A DNA stretch of 63,977 nucleotides, counting the filler. It is 8 parts of 8 records of this genome, joined end to end, with 100 filler letters (N's around TTAATTAATTAA, not from the genome) between each part and the next. Parts side by side here need not be neighbours in the genome. Positions count along the whole stretch, not along the records: positions 37,112 to 45,905 come from SRR31147125_12356; positions 46,006 to 51,607 come from SRR31147125_12378; positions 51,708 to 58,647 come from SRR31147125_12409; 5 more parts are not named here. The stretch is one strand, 5' to 3'. The position numbers and the translations under genes are program-made. This document shows positions 42,278 to 53,631 of the stretch, piece after piece. Within the stretch, counting starts at the first letter, position 1, and each line of letters opens with the position of its first letter. The notes under the pieces were generated by a model, which saw nothing but the letters and a program-made list of their open reading frames with translations, searched no databases and was not told the origin of the DNA.

Positions 42278-43750
42278 ATGGATATTAGTGATTTACGAAG
42301 TGCAATTAAGTATCTTGAAACACAACAAGGAGAACTGCTTACAACTGATGTGGAAGTAAATCCCGATGCCGAACTGGCTGGAGTTTATAAGCATGTAGGT
42401 GCCGGGGGAACATTAAAGCGTCCAACCAGAATCGGACCAGCCATGGTTTTTAATAAAGTTAAAGGTTATCCTGATGCCCGGGTTTTAATCGGTTTACTTT
42501 CTAGTCGTAAGCGGGTTGGAAAGTTATTGGGAATCAAATCCGAACGTTTGGGCTGGGCATTAAAGGAATCAGTAAACAATCCTATTCAACCTATTGGAGT
42601 TGATAAAAGTAAAGCTTTGTGCCAGGAAGTTGTTCATTTGGCCAGCGATAATAATTTTGATTTAAACAGAATCATCCCTGCACCCACAAATTCACCATTA
42701 GATGCCGGGCCTTATATTACCCTTGGTATGTGTTATGCCTCACATCCTGATTCAGGTGTTTCCGACATTACCATTCACAGGCTATGCATTCAAAGCAAAG
42801 ATGAAATGTCTATATTTTTTACTCCGGGCATTAGGCATATTGGTGCAATGGCAAAAAGAGCAAGTGAACTTGGAAAACCACTGCCTATTTCTATCAGTAT
42901 AGGTGTTGACCCGGCTATTGAGATTGCTACGTGTTTCGAACCACCTACCACACCGCTTGGGTATGATGAGTTAGCCATTGCAGGTGCTCTCCGTAATAAA
43001 CCGGTGGAGATGGTACAGTGCGTAACCATTAATGAAAAAGCCATTGCCAATGCAGAATATGTTATTGAAGGTGAAATTCTGCCCGGTGTTACCGTGCGAG
43101 AAGATAAAAATACGAATACCGGGTATGCCATGCCCGAATTTCCCGGATATACTGGCGAAGCCTGTCCCGATTGTCCTGTAATTAAAGTAAAGGCAGTTAC
43201 TCACCGAAAAAAACCAATTATGCAAACATGCATTGGTCCCAGTGAGGAACATATTAGTATGACAGGCATTCCTACCGAAGCCAGCATCATAGATATGGTT
43301 GAACGATCCATGCCCGGACGCTTACAAAATGTATATATGACTTCATCGGGTGGAGGGAAATATATGGCAATAATGCAATTCAAAAAAAATGAAATCAGTG
43401 ATGAAGGTCGGCAGCGACAAGCTGCAATAACAGCTTTTACGGCATTCCCCGAATTAAAGCATGTTATACTGGTAGATGAAGATGTTGACATTTTCGATAT
43501 GGATGACGTGCTTTGGGCAATGAACACCCGTTATCAGGGCGATAAAGACACGGTTATGATTCCTGGTGTGCGTTGTCATCCCCTCGATCCTTCTCAATCG
43601 ACAGAATACAATCCCGAGAATCCGGTAAAAGGAATAAGCTGTAAAACCATTTTCGATTGCACGGTACCATATCATTTGAAAGATAAATTTAAACGATCGG
43701 ATTATATGGAAGTCGACATTAAAAAATTTTTACCGGATTTTAAAGCATAA
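42278..43750 (+). CDS. UbiD-family gallate/protocatechuate decarboxylase (LpdC/AroY type)
   Basis: ELAGVYKHVGAGGT.KRPTRIGPAM, TIHRLC, MPEFPGY and RCHPLDPSQ, characteristic of the AroY/LpdC clade. Confidence 0.9.
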   Translation: MDISDLRSAIKYLETQQGELLTTDVEVNPDAELAGVYKHVGAGGTLKRPTRIGPAMVFNKVKGYPDARVLIGLLSSRKRVGKLLGIKSERLGWALKESVNNPIQPIGVDKSKALCQEVVHLASDNNFDLNRIIPAPTNSPLDAGPYITLGMCYASHPDSGVSDITIHRLCIQSKDEMSIFFTPGIRHIGAMAKRASELGKPLPISISIGVDPAIEIATCFEPPTTPLGYDELAIAGALRNKPVEMVQCVTINEKAIANAEYVIEGEILPGVTVREDKNTNTGYAMPEFPGYTGEACPDCPVIKVKAVTHRKKPIMQTCIGPSEEHISMTGIPTEASIIDMVERSMPGRLQNVYMTSSGGGKYMAIMQFKKNEISDEGRQRQAAITAFTAFPELKHVILVDEDVDIFDMDDVLWAMNTRYQGDKDTVMIPGVRCHPLDPSQSTEYNPENPVKGISCKTIFDCTVPYHLKDKFKRSDYMEVDIKKFLPDFKA

Positions 43751-43754
43751 CATT

Positions 43755-44348
43755 ATGGAAAACAAAAGACGAATTGTTGTTGGAATTACCGGTGCCAGTG
43801 GCGCTCCAATAGCTATATCATTATTAAATGCGCTTAGAAGTACTACCGGAATTGAAACTCACCTGGTAATTTCTGACAGTGCTAAATTAACCATAAAACA
43901 AGAAACAGAGCTAGATATAAAAAGTGTGGAAGATTTGGCTGATGTGGTTTACCCTGTTCATGATATAGCTGCAAAAATATCGAGTGGTACTTTTAAAACA
44001 GAAGGAATGATTATCGTACCGTGTTCCATGAAAAGCCTTGCTGCAATAAATCATGGGTATAGCGATAATCTCATTCATAGAGCCGCCGATGTAACCCTGA
44101 AAGAAAAAAGAAAACTATTACTGGTGCCTCGAGAAACTCCCTTAAGCCAGATTCACCTGAGAAACATGTATGAATTGTCCCAAATGGGTGTTGATATAAT
44201 GCCCCCGGTCATGGGATTTTATAATAAACCCGAATCCATTCAGGATATTACAAACCATATTGTTGGTAAAATACTTGATGTATTTCAAATTGACTATCAG
44301 TATTTAAAGCGTTGGAATGGTATGGAAAAAGATTTAAAGATTGTTTAA
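43755..44348 (+). CDS. ubiX: Flavin prenyltransferase
   Basis: VGITGASG, SSG, PCSMKSL, RAADVTLKE and PRETP. Confidence 0.95.
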   Translation: MENKRRIVVGITGASGAPIAISLLNALRSTTGIETHLVISDSAKLTIKQETELDIKSVEDLADVVYPVHDIAAKISSGTFKTEGMIIVPCSMKSLAAINHGYSDNLIHRAADVTLKEKRKLLLVPRETPLSQIHLRNMYELSQMGVDIMPPVMGFYNKPESIQDITNHIVGKILDVFQIDYQYLKRWNGMEKDLKIV

Positions 44349-44366
44349 CAATAAAAGCTGGACAAA

Positions 44367-45805
44367 ATGAAATACTTAAAAACAATTTCCTTATTAATTA
44401 TAAGTTTATTATCAGTATTTTACTTACTAAGTTGTTCTCAAAAAGACAACATTTTAACTTTCGATGTTAATGAATATGCTGTTGAAACAAAAATTGTACA
44501 TTCATCCGCGGGTGTCATCGAAGTAAAGTATCATGCATACATGCATATACCTTATGTAGCAAAACCTGTTGATACAAATTATCAAAGCTTAAATGTGTTT
44601 GTGCCGGTTCAAGTTAACGGAAAAAAATAGATGCCACCAACGCACCCATTTTCTTAAAAATTGCTGTTGGTGGATATATGCCCGTAGACAATAGTAAAGA
44701 CAAAACCATCGGCAACGAAAGTGGAAATAGTCGTGAAGATTTGGCATTGGCAGCTGGTATTGTTGTAGTTGCACCGGGATGCAGAGGACGCAGTAATCAG
44801 GCAGCCAATGGAGGGTATTATGGAAAAGCACCAGCAGCCATTGTCGATTTAAAAGCCGCAGTTCGCTATTTAAAATATAACAAAGACATAATTCCAGGTA
44901 ATGTCGAGCAAATAATATCAGATGGCTGTAGTGCAGGTGGCGCTCTTTCTGCATTGCTAGGAGCCTCAGGAAATAGTTCTTTATACGAACCCTATCTAAA
45001 TGATATGGGGGCGGCAAACACCAGCGATAATATTTTTGCCAGTGCATGCTACAGTCCGATAACAGATTTAGAGCACTCCGACATGGCCTACGAATGGATG
45101 TATGGTAACATACCAGTTAGAGGGGAGTTGGTTGACCAGGATTTATCGGCTATGCTAATAGAAGAATATGAAACCTATCAGGCTTTCCTGGAAATACATG
45201 GCAAAGATGGTTATGGAATACTCACTGCTGATAATTATAAGGATTATCTTCTAAAATATTACCTAATACCTTCTGCTGAAAAATATTTAATAGAATTATC
45301 TGAAAATGAGCGTATGGAATATTTAAATTCCAATAGCTGGATGCAAATGAAAAATAATAAATTGTTGTTTGATTTTGATGACTATGCCTCTCATGCAGGA
45401 CGAATGAAAGATTTACCTGCTTTTGATGATTTTGATATGCGAAGCCCCGAAACTATTTTGTTTGGCAATGATTCTGTTAATGCTCGCCATTACACGAATT
45501 TCAGCCTTCGGCATACTTTAAGCAATAGGGAAGTAGAGATAGACGATAATTTAAAGCAGGTAGTAGAGATGATGAATGCACTGTATTTTGTGCTTCAGGA
45601 TAATGCCGGATGTGCTAATAATTGGTGGCTGCGAAATGGAACGAGCGATAACCATACTTCGCAAACTGTGATGATAAATTTAGCTGCTGCTCTCGAAAAT
45701 AAAGACAAATCAGTTAATACCTGGTTATTCTGGGATGGAGGGCACTGTGCCGATTACGATGCAGATGGACTAATTGATTGGATTTTAAAAATTTGTAATT
45801 ACTAA
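44367..45805 (+). CDS. Subtype-B tannase lipoprotein, frameshift near 44621-44627
   Basis: Lipobox LLSC; YVAKPVDTNYQSLNVFVP, GKAPAAIVDLKAAVRYL, GCSAGG nucleophile elbow, CYSPITDLEHSDMAYEW and GGH. Confidence 0.82.
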
Positions 45806-45847
45806 AAGTTACGATTATTTAAGAGTAGAAATTTAAAGATTAACAAA

Positions 45848-45905
45848 ATGAATATGAAAATAGGGATAATTATTGGAAGCTTGAGGAGAGGATCATTCTC
45901 AAAAA
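45848..45905 (+). CDS. NAD(P)H-dependent FMN reductase, N-terminal fragment
   Basis: Manual translation MNMKIGIIIGSLRRGSFSK (GSLRxGS motif); cut by the contig end. Confidence 0.7.
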
Positions 45906-46005
45906 NNNNNNNNNNNNNNNNNNNNNNNNNNNNNNNNNNNNNNNNNNNNTTAATTAATTAANNNNNNNNNNNNNNNNNNNNNNNNNNNNNNNNNNNNNNN
46001 NNNNN

Positions 46006-46747
46006 CGAATATCTGACCAGTTTGTGTGCCGAGATCATCGCCCATGTGACCACAGTCTACACCGAGTTCGATATAATTCTTTGCTAGCTCAATTCGATAG
46101 TCGGTTACTTTATCCATCAATTCACCAATAAGCTCAGGCTCAACAAGCATGTTTTCCATTAGTAAGCCGAAACTCATTAGTCCATAACAACGTTCGTGAA
46201 TGCCGAGATATCCGCAAGCCATATAGAAGTAATCATCGCCTTGTTCTTCCTTGGTCTGTTTGGCGTAATCCATGATGCCTTCTTTATGTGGGTCTGGTGC
46301 TGTCCAGAGGCTTATTCGGTCTTCAATATCTTCAGCCATGCATGCTTCATGAATTCGTTCTGGGATCCATTTATTGAGGAATTCTTTATCAGTGATCTGG
46401 TTTTCGAGTGGGTGGAAACACATGCAGAGTCCATCTTCGCCAATTTTAAAACCAATGCCCCATTCATCATAAATAACCATGTTGTCAAGGTCTATTTTGC
46501 AGTAACCTTCTTTTTCCATTTCACGCTGCAGCTCGATATCGTTACGTAGCAACCAAGGAATATCCTGTTTATGATATAGAAACCATACAGAATTACCAAG
46601 GTGCTGATCAAGGTCTTCATTTAGTGGAAGGCCTATTGCTTCTTTTACGGCATCTTTTCTTGTCTTATCAGCGAAATCAACTTGATTTGGAATATAGTCA
46701 ACTTTTTCACCAGCAATCATTCTTTTAATTCGTTCTTTATTATTCAT
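46006..46747 (-). CDS. Uroporphyrinogen decarboxylase/cobalamin methyltransferase (URO-D) family protein, 3' truncated
   Basis: MNNKERI...GEKVDYIP, DEWG, HPL and GDDLGTQ. Confidence 0.75.
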
Positions 46748-46767
46748 TATTTTCCTTCGTAATTCTG

Positions 46768-46803
46768 CAGCGACTATAATATCTATAAATTTTATAGTCG
46801 CTG
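46768..46803. repeat. 12-bp inverted repeat between the SBP and URO-D genes
   Basis: CAGCGACTATAA-N12-TTATAGTCGCTG. Confidence 0.7.
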
Positions 46804-46845
46804 ATTTGCAATATCATTAATTATAAAATTAAATATGTTTAAGGA

Positions 46846-47790
46846 CTAGTATGCGCGATTGTCAATATAATCTTTATAGTTGTTCTCATCGAACAGGAGG
46901 GCTGGAACAATGATTAATTTATCAAGATTTTCACCTGCCATATAAGCTTCATATGTGTCAAAACTGATAGGTGCAAGGATTGGTGTGCATTCAACTGTAC
47001 AAGTTAGTTTACCTTGATCTAAGGCAAGAAATGCATCACGTATGGCATCAACAGAAATAATCTTAATGTCTTCATGCGGTTTTTTGCCTACTTCTTCAAT
47101 GGCCATAATAGCACCAAGGCTCATACCATCATTGTGAGAATATATCATGTCAATTTCATCATCATAAGCTTTAAGAAATGCTTCCATTACTTCTTTGCCT
47201 TTGCCTTCCTGGAAGTCACCACTCTGTGAGGCGATAATTTTCATTTCAGGGTAGTCTTTGATTGCATCCATAAATCCTTTTTGTCTCTGAATTGCAGCTG
47301 AAGATCCAACTGTACCTTGAAGCTCAGCAATATTAGCTTTCCCGCCAGATATTTTTACTGCATATTCACCAGCTACACGACCTTCTTTATATTGGTCACC
47401 ACGAATAACAGTTACATAAAGGCTTTCATCTGAATCAATACTTCTTCCTACAAGTATAACTGGAACTCCAGATCTTTTAGCCTCTTTTAAAACAGGATCC
47501 CAACCAGTTTCAACTTGTGGTGCTAGGAAAATCGCATCAACTCCCTGAGCAACAAATGAACGCATTGCCTGAATCTGTTTTGCCTGACTTCCTGCTGAAT
47601 CGACAAATTTGAGCTGATAACCTCTTTTAGCTGATTCGCTTCTGAATGACTCTGTCTCAGCAAGCATCCAAGGATTTGCACTGTCAATTTGAACAAAACC
47701 TACAACCTTATCATCATCAGCATTTGCTGAAAATAGATATAGTGAAACCATACAAACACAAACAACCATACTAAATACTTTTTTAATCAT
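46846..47790 (-). CDS. Sugar ABC transporter substrate-binding protein (YtfQ/galactofuranose-like)
   Basis: VGFVQ, QIQAMRSFVAQGVDAIFLAP.VETGWDPVLKEAK, ELQGTVGSS and HNDGM. Confidence 0.88.
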   Translation of the reverse strand: MIKKVFSMVVCVCMVSLYLFSANADDDKVVGFVQIDSANPWMLAETESFRSESAKRGYQLKFVDSAGSQAKQIQAMRSFVAQGVDAIFLAPQVETGWDPVLKEAKRSGVPVILVGRSIDSDESLYVTVIRGDQYKEGRVAGEYAVKISGGKANIAELQGTVGSSAAIQRQKGFMDAIKDYPEMKIIASQSGDFQEGKGKEVMEAFLKAYDDEIDMIYSHNDGMSLGAIMAIEEVGKKPHEDIKIISVDAIRDAFLALDQGKLTCTVECTPILAPISFDTYEAYMAGENLDKLIIVPALLFDENNYKDYIDNRAY

Positions 47791-48432
47791 GTTCTTTCTC
47801 CACAGCAAAAAAATAAACAGACACATAATTGTTATTTATTCATAAATAATCATCAAAAAATAACAATTGCTAACAAACAATATCCAGTATACCGTCCTAA
47901 ATATCACTAAGCAAGTTAATAAAATGGGTTTTCTAACATTTTTACTAATTTTATTGTAAATTAGTCCTAAAATTGTACGATATTACAAAATATTCTTACA
48001 TATTTACCAATTTATAACAAAGGCAGCTTTGTTATTTGTAATTAAGTAATATGAATCTATGTTTGTTTAGTATTAATTTTTGTTAAATTAGTGACGTTTG
48101 GGAGAGAACATGTGTATTTTAAGATTATTTTTACATGTTTTCGTAATAAGAGTAATTTAAGGTGAGAATTATATCTAGTATACAATTTTGTTTCTGTGGC
48201 ATGTATAGTAGAGTTAATCTTTTAAAAGCTGTGATATTGTTAGTTGATATGATGTAGACAAAGTAACTTAGCTTGCAGGAGGGGTGAAAATAGTGAGATA
48301 GCAAAGTATTTTCTGTTATTGTTTTGAACAGTACAATATTACTTATTATATTGCTATTCTAGGTTAAATTGATTAGCAGGGGTAGTAGATAGTTTATAGT
48401 CGATAATAATTTATCCATGGTATTGGTTGGTA

Positions 48433-51400
48433 CTAACCTATCAGTGATAATGCTGATTGATTGAGTTGATTTGCTTGTGCGAGCATTGATGTACCGGCTT
48501 GAACCATTATTTGGTTTTTTGAGAATTGAGTAGATTCTTTAGCCATATCTGCATCTCTGATATAGCTTTCTGTTTTGGTTATATTTTCTACAGCGACACT
48601 CAGGCTACTGGCATTTGTTTCCAGCATGTTTGCCTGAAACGCACCAAGGTTTGCTCGAAGTTCTGAGACATCCTCGATTGCCTGGTCGATAATCTCCAGT
48701 GACTTGATAGGATCTGTCGACAGACTTGCCCAGCCGCCAGAGAGCATATCATTGATTGATAAAGTTTTGTCGGAGTCGAGTGGGGTTTCGAAACTATCAT
48801 GGAACTTTGTTTTGCCAAGTGCTGTGGCTGTCATGTCTTTGACAGAAAGTACAATCCTATCTTGGTCGCCGGCACCCTCACCGAGCTGGAACTGCATGCC
48901 GCCTGTGAAATTATCAATAGTTTCAGTTGTGCTATGCAGAGCATTTACTACATCATCAGTATAGGTGCTGAATTGACCGGCTCTGGTGGCAAAAGCCCCG
49001 AGATTATAGCCTGTAGCTGCAATTGTGCTGCAACCAATATATCCTTGATTAAAAACAATATCGGCATTAGAATCAAGATTAGTTATGGAACCGTGTATGC
49101 CGTCAAGAGTCAGGCTTTGGCCATTGAGAGAGATGGTAGCATCCTGCCCATATTCGGTAAATTCTACGCCTGTCAGACCTGCATCAAGAAGTTCTGAGCC
49201 TGACACTTCGGAATAACGTGTGAAGAGGGCACCTTCATGAGCAGCTATCTTTAGAAATTGATCTGAGCCATATTCCTCAGCACTGAGGCGCATCGCGTGA
49301 TGGGTTGTGTCAATCTCACTGGTGAAACTTCCATTGGCATCAACATACCCAAGATTGATAGTGCCATAGAGGTGGGCATCACCAGTTGAACCAGTCTCTG
49401 TGCCAAAGAGGCGTACGCTCATGTATTCATCAGCTGTGAGATCGTGAGTGGCACTCTGAGCAACAAGATCCTCATTTCGCATGCGTTCATCTTTATAGAG
49501 ATATACAGTTGTTTGAGTGCCATTATTTTCAGAAGTTATTTTGCTGAAGAGTTTGCCGACATCAGAGGTGTTCTTGCCAAGTTCTAAGCCGGAGAGGAAT
49601 GAACCATGATTGAGAAAGACTTGGTTTCCGTCAGAGCTTAGGGCGTCCATGTTTGTTTCGAATATGCCAAAATCAATACCCTGATCAGTATTAGTGTCTT
49701 CTTGCAGATAATCAAGTTGAATTACTGCGCTGTATCCAGCTTGCATTTGTCCAGTGGAACGTTGTAGTGTTAGTGCCGGAGAGTCTGCATTATTGATTGA
49801 GCGTAGTTCCGCAGTTCCTGATGAGTCAAATTTTCCTTCGCCTATTTGCATCGTCATGGAGTTATCTTTATAGATATTAAAATTATCATTATCGATCATC
49901 TTGATATAGATGCGTCCATAACCATCAGTATTAAAGCCAGGATTCTGTACGCCTGTATCAGCTCCATCCTGTTCATCAAGTCCTTTGGTCAGGGCTTTAG
50001 TTCCGTTATTATCAGTTACGGTCATATCTTTATTAGCATAATTATCATTTATATTAAGCGATCCACCAGAATCGTCATATCCATAAACCCTGCCTATATT
50101 GCTTCCTGAAGTAGAGGTAATGGTATCACTAAGTACTTTATTATTTTGTATTGAAATATTAGAGTAGGCAACTCCAATAATGCCACCAACTCCATTTGTG
50201 CCTGCAGCTGTAGAGCTAATATTACCTGATGCATAACAATTATCAATGGTTAAATTTTTTCCTTCAGCAGCAATACCGCCAGCAGTACTGATAGTCGCTG
50301 TTGCATTTCCAAGTGAATATGAATTGCTGATGGTGGAAGAAGCTGAGCTGCCTACAAGACCTCCAGCGAGTCTTACTCCGGAAACATTCCCAGTTGCAAA
50401 TGAATTCTGAATATCGGCTTGGTTTCCTCCAACTAGACCACCGACGCAGCTGTTTGAGCTTGAAGTGCTGGTGTCTGCTGAGCAATTAGTGATTGTGCTA
50501 ACTCCTTCGGCGCTACCAATCAATCCGCCAGTTTCGTCACGACCATTGCATACAGATGAATAGGCGTGACAGTTGCTATAGGTAGTGTTATCACTGAAAC
50601 CGACAAGTGTGCCGGTATTGTCACGACCAGAAATATTTGCATCTGCTAGATTGATATTTGCAATTGTGTTATTCTCGGTATAGCCAAAGAGGCCACAGTA
50701 ATCGGTACTTTGAGTTATTGATAAATTACTTATGGTATGTCCATTGCCATTGAGATTTCCTGTAAAACTTGTGACTGCAGTACCAATTGTTGTCATATTG
50801 CTTATGTTGCTCATGTCAATATCTGATTTAAGGGCATAGCTGTTTGTCCATGCGCCTGCTGCACCAGCCGAATTGGCAAGAGCAGAAAGCTTCTCAGCAC
50901 TATCAATTTCATAGTATCCATCTTCATCGGCTGTAAAATCCAAGCCACCTATTGATATAGTGCCAGAACCGCCACCTGCAGGGATGGTGGTTTCTGTTGA
51001 TGTAGCAAAAGTACCGCCTGTACCAATGCTTAGTGCTTCTAGACCACCATTGTTAGCAATATTTCCATCTGCATCTCTGACAAAAAAATCCATTCCTCCG
51101 CTGAGATGTGCGCTTCCTGCAGTTGCTCCGAGTGCGCCCATTGTGGAATCAACATCACTATCAAAAGTAAGTCTCGCTTCTACTCCGGTCGATGCACTTA
51201 CACTGTTAATACTTGTGACGACTTCACCAAGGTGAGAGCCTTCTGCAAAACTGAAATATCGGCTGCCTTTATTGCCGGAAAGGGTAAAAGACTGGTCACG
51301 TGTCAGGGAGCTTGTAGTAGTGTTATATTGTGTGGCTTGATTTTCGTCATGGCTGGCTTCTAGATATGCTTTCTCTGCCTGAGTGCCGCTTGCTCCATCT

Positions 51401-51607
51401 GTTAAAGAGCCGCCTGAAAAATTAATATTCAATTTAAAGTCATCTTTTTTGAATATCTGGCGAATATCAGAAAGATTGGTATCAATAAGGTTCATATCTC
51501 TGCTGTTAGAGACTTGAAGAGTTGTGTCATAGTGTAATTCTTTATTACCATTGAGCAGGAACTGATCTGAGAATTTTGTGGTTCTGGCTATGCGATCCAG
51601 AGTCTGA
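48433..51607 (-). CDS. fliC: Giant flagellin with inserted GLUG-repeat domain, 5' truncated
   Basis: End of the N-terminal helical domain (LDRIARTTKFSDQFLLNG) upstream of the track start; C-terminal LRANLGAFQAN...ESYIRDADMAKE...QAGTSMLAQANQ. Confidence 0.92.
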
Positions 51608-51707
51608 NNNNNNNNNNNNNNNNNNNNNNNNNNNNNNNNNNNNNNNNNNNNTTAATTAATTAANNNNNNNNNNNNNNNNNNNNNNNNNNNNNNNNNNNNN
51701 NNNNNNN

Positions 51708-53084
51708 TTCTTTTAAACTGATGGAATTTACAATGGCCTTCCCTTGCAAACATTTCAATCCTGCCTCAATCACGTTCCACTTCGACGAGTCGATCATAAT
51801 AGGCAGTTTGGCAATGTCGGGTTCTGCCATAATCAGGTTAAGGAACGTCACCATTTCCTTTTCGGCATCTAACATGGCATCGTCCATATTTACGTCGATT
51901 ACCTGCGCGCCGTTTTCAACCTGGGCACGTGCAATTGAAAGCGCTTCTTCGTATTTTTCTTCGCGAATAAGGCGGGCAAATTTACGCGAACCAGCCACGT
52001 TACATCGCTCACCAATATTAACAAAATTGGTATTTTCGGTTATAGTTACCGGTTCCAGTCCACTCAATCGGGTATTTAGATTGGTCTCAACTACCGCGTG
52101 AGGCTGTGCTGATTTGGCAATTTCAGCAAACGCTTTTATATGCTCTGGAGTGGTTCCGCAACAGCCTCCAATAATATTTATAAATTGATTGTCGAGATAA
52201 TCTTTTATTTTGCCGGCCATAATTTCCGCACTCTGGTCGTATTCGCCAAACTGGTTGGGCAGCCCCGCATTTGGGTGTGCACTAATATTGAACGGTGCCT
52301 TTTTCGATAGTTCTTTTACATAAGGACGTAAATCAGTTGCCCCCAACGAGCAGTTCAATCCTACACTCAGCAAGTCGACATGCGACACGGAGTTTAGAAA
52401 TGCTTCCAATGTTTGTCCCGAAAGTGTACGACCGCTGGCGTCGGTAATAGTTCCCGAAACCATCAGCGGAAGTTTCATATTTCTTGCTTCCAGCGCTTCT
52501 TCAATGGCAAAAATTGCAGCTTTTGCATTTAAGGTATCAAACACGGTTTCGATTATCAACAAATCAACGCCGCCATCAATCAGCCCATCCGCCTGTTCGC
52601 GGTAAGCACCTTTCACCTCATCGAATGAAATAGCACGGTAACCGGGGTCGTTTACATCGGGTGAAAGCGACAATGTTTTATTGGTTGGCCCTAAAGAACC
52701 TGCGACATAACGTGGCTTTTCTGGATTTTGCCTGGTGAATTCTTCTGCAAGTCCACTTGCAATCTCTGCAGAGACTTTATTCATCTCGTATACAAAATCC
52801 TCCGTTCCGTAATCGGCCTGCGAAATTCGGGTAGCATTGAAAGTGTTTGTTAGGAGAATATCGGCACCTGCTTCCAAATATTTTTTATGAATTTCTTTAA
52901 TAATTTCAGGATGCGTAATCGATAAAATATCATTGTTCCCCTTTTGATCATTAGGGTGATTTTTTAGTCGTTCGCCATGATAATCGGCATCGGTTAATTT
53001 ATATTCCTGAATTAACGATCCCATTGCCCCGTCCATTACAAGTACGCGAGTTTTGAGTTCGTTACGTATATCTTTTTTCTTCAT
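51708..53084 (-). CDS. metH: B12-dependent methionine synthase, 3' truncated
   Basis: [32 protein letters not shown] and DSSKW. Confidence 0.96.
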
Positions 53085-53124
53085 TTGTGTTTCTCTTTTC
53101 TCAATTCCTACCTGTTCTTTTTTC

Positions 53125-53154
53125 AAATTTCCCCTTGAGGGGATTATGGGGTGA
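53125..53154 (+). repeat. REP-like palindromic repeat, copy A
   Basis: AAATTTCCCCTTGAGGGGATTATGGGGTGA; contains the DUF559 stop codon. Confidence 0.65.
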
Positions 53155-53545
53155 TTTTATTTCTTTCTTGTTCTTCAAGTTCCGTAATATAATGCTCTAA
53201 AGTGATACGAACATTATATAAATTATTAAGAACTTCTTGATTATGAAAGCGAATAATATTATACCCCATTTTTACTAATTCTTCTTCTCTCTTTTTATCT
53301 TTCTTCTTTTGAAAACGATGAATAGTACCGTCTAATTCTATTATCATTTTTAAATCTTTACAGAAAAAATCAACGATATAGTTTCCAATTGGTCTTTGTC
53401 TTAAAAATGAATATCCTTTTAGTTGCTTTCGTTTTAGAACTTTATCCCATAGAATAACCTCACTCAAAGTTGAGTTATTCCTAAGTTTCCTTGCGAACTC
53501 CTTTAAATTTTTGTTATAGTGGCTATTTGAATGTTTTTCTGTCAT
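53144..53545 (-). CDS. DUF559 (Vsr-like) endonuclease domain protein
   Basis: [38 protein letters not shown] and IIRFHN. Confidence 0.92.
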   Translation of the reverse strand: MTEKHSNSHYNKNLKEFARKLRNNSTLSEVILWDKVLKRKQLKGYSFLRQRPIGNYIVDFFCKDLKMIIELDGTIHRFQKKKDKKREEELVKMGYNIIRFHNQEVLNNLYNVRITLEHYITELEEQERNKITP

Positions 53546-53552
53546 CTATTTT

Positions 53553-53583
53553 ACATCCCCCTACCCCCTTTAAAAGGGAGATT
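53553..53583 (-). repeat. REP-like palindromic repeat, copy B (inverted relative to A)
   Basis: Reverse complement AATCTCCCTTTTAAAGGGGGTAGGGGGATGT; immediately upstream of the DUF559 start. Confidence 0.65.
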
Positions 53584-53631
53584 CGAATAAAGATCCTGTC
53601 CCAAAATTTATGGTAATATGACTTTTCAAAA

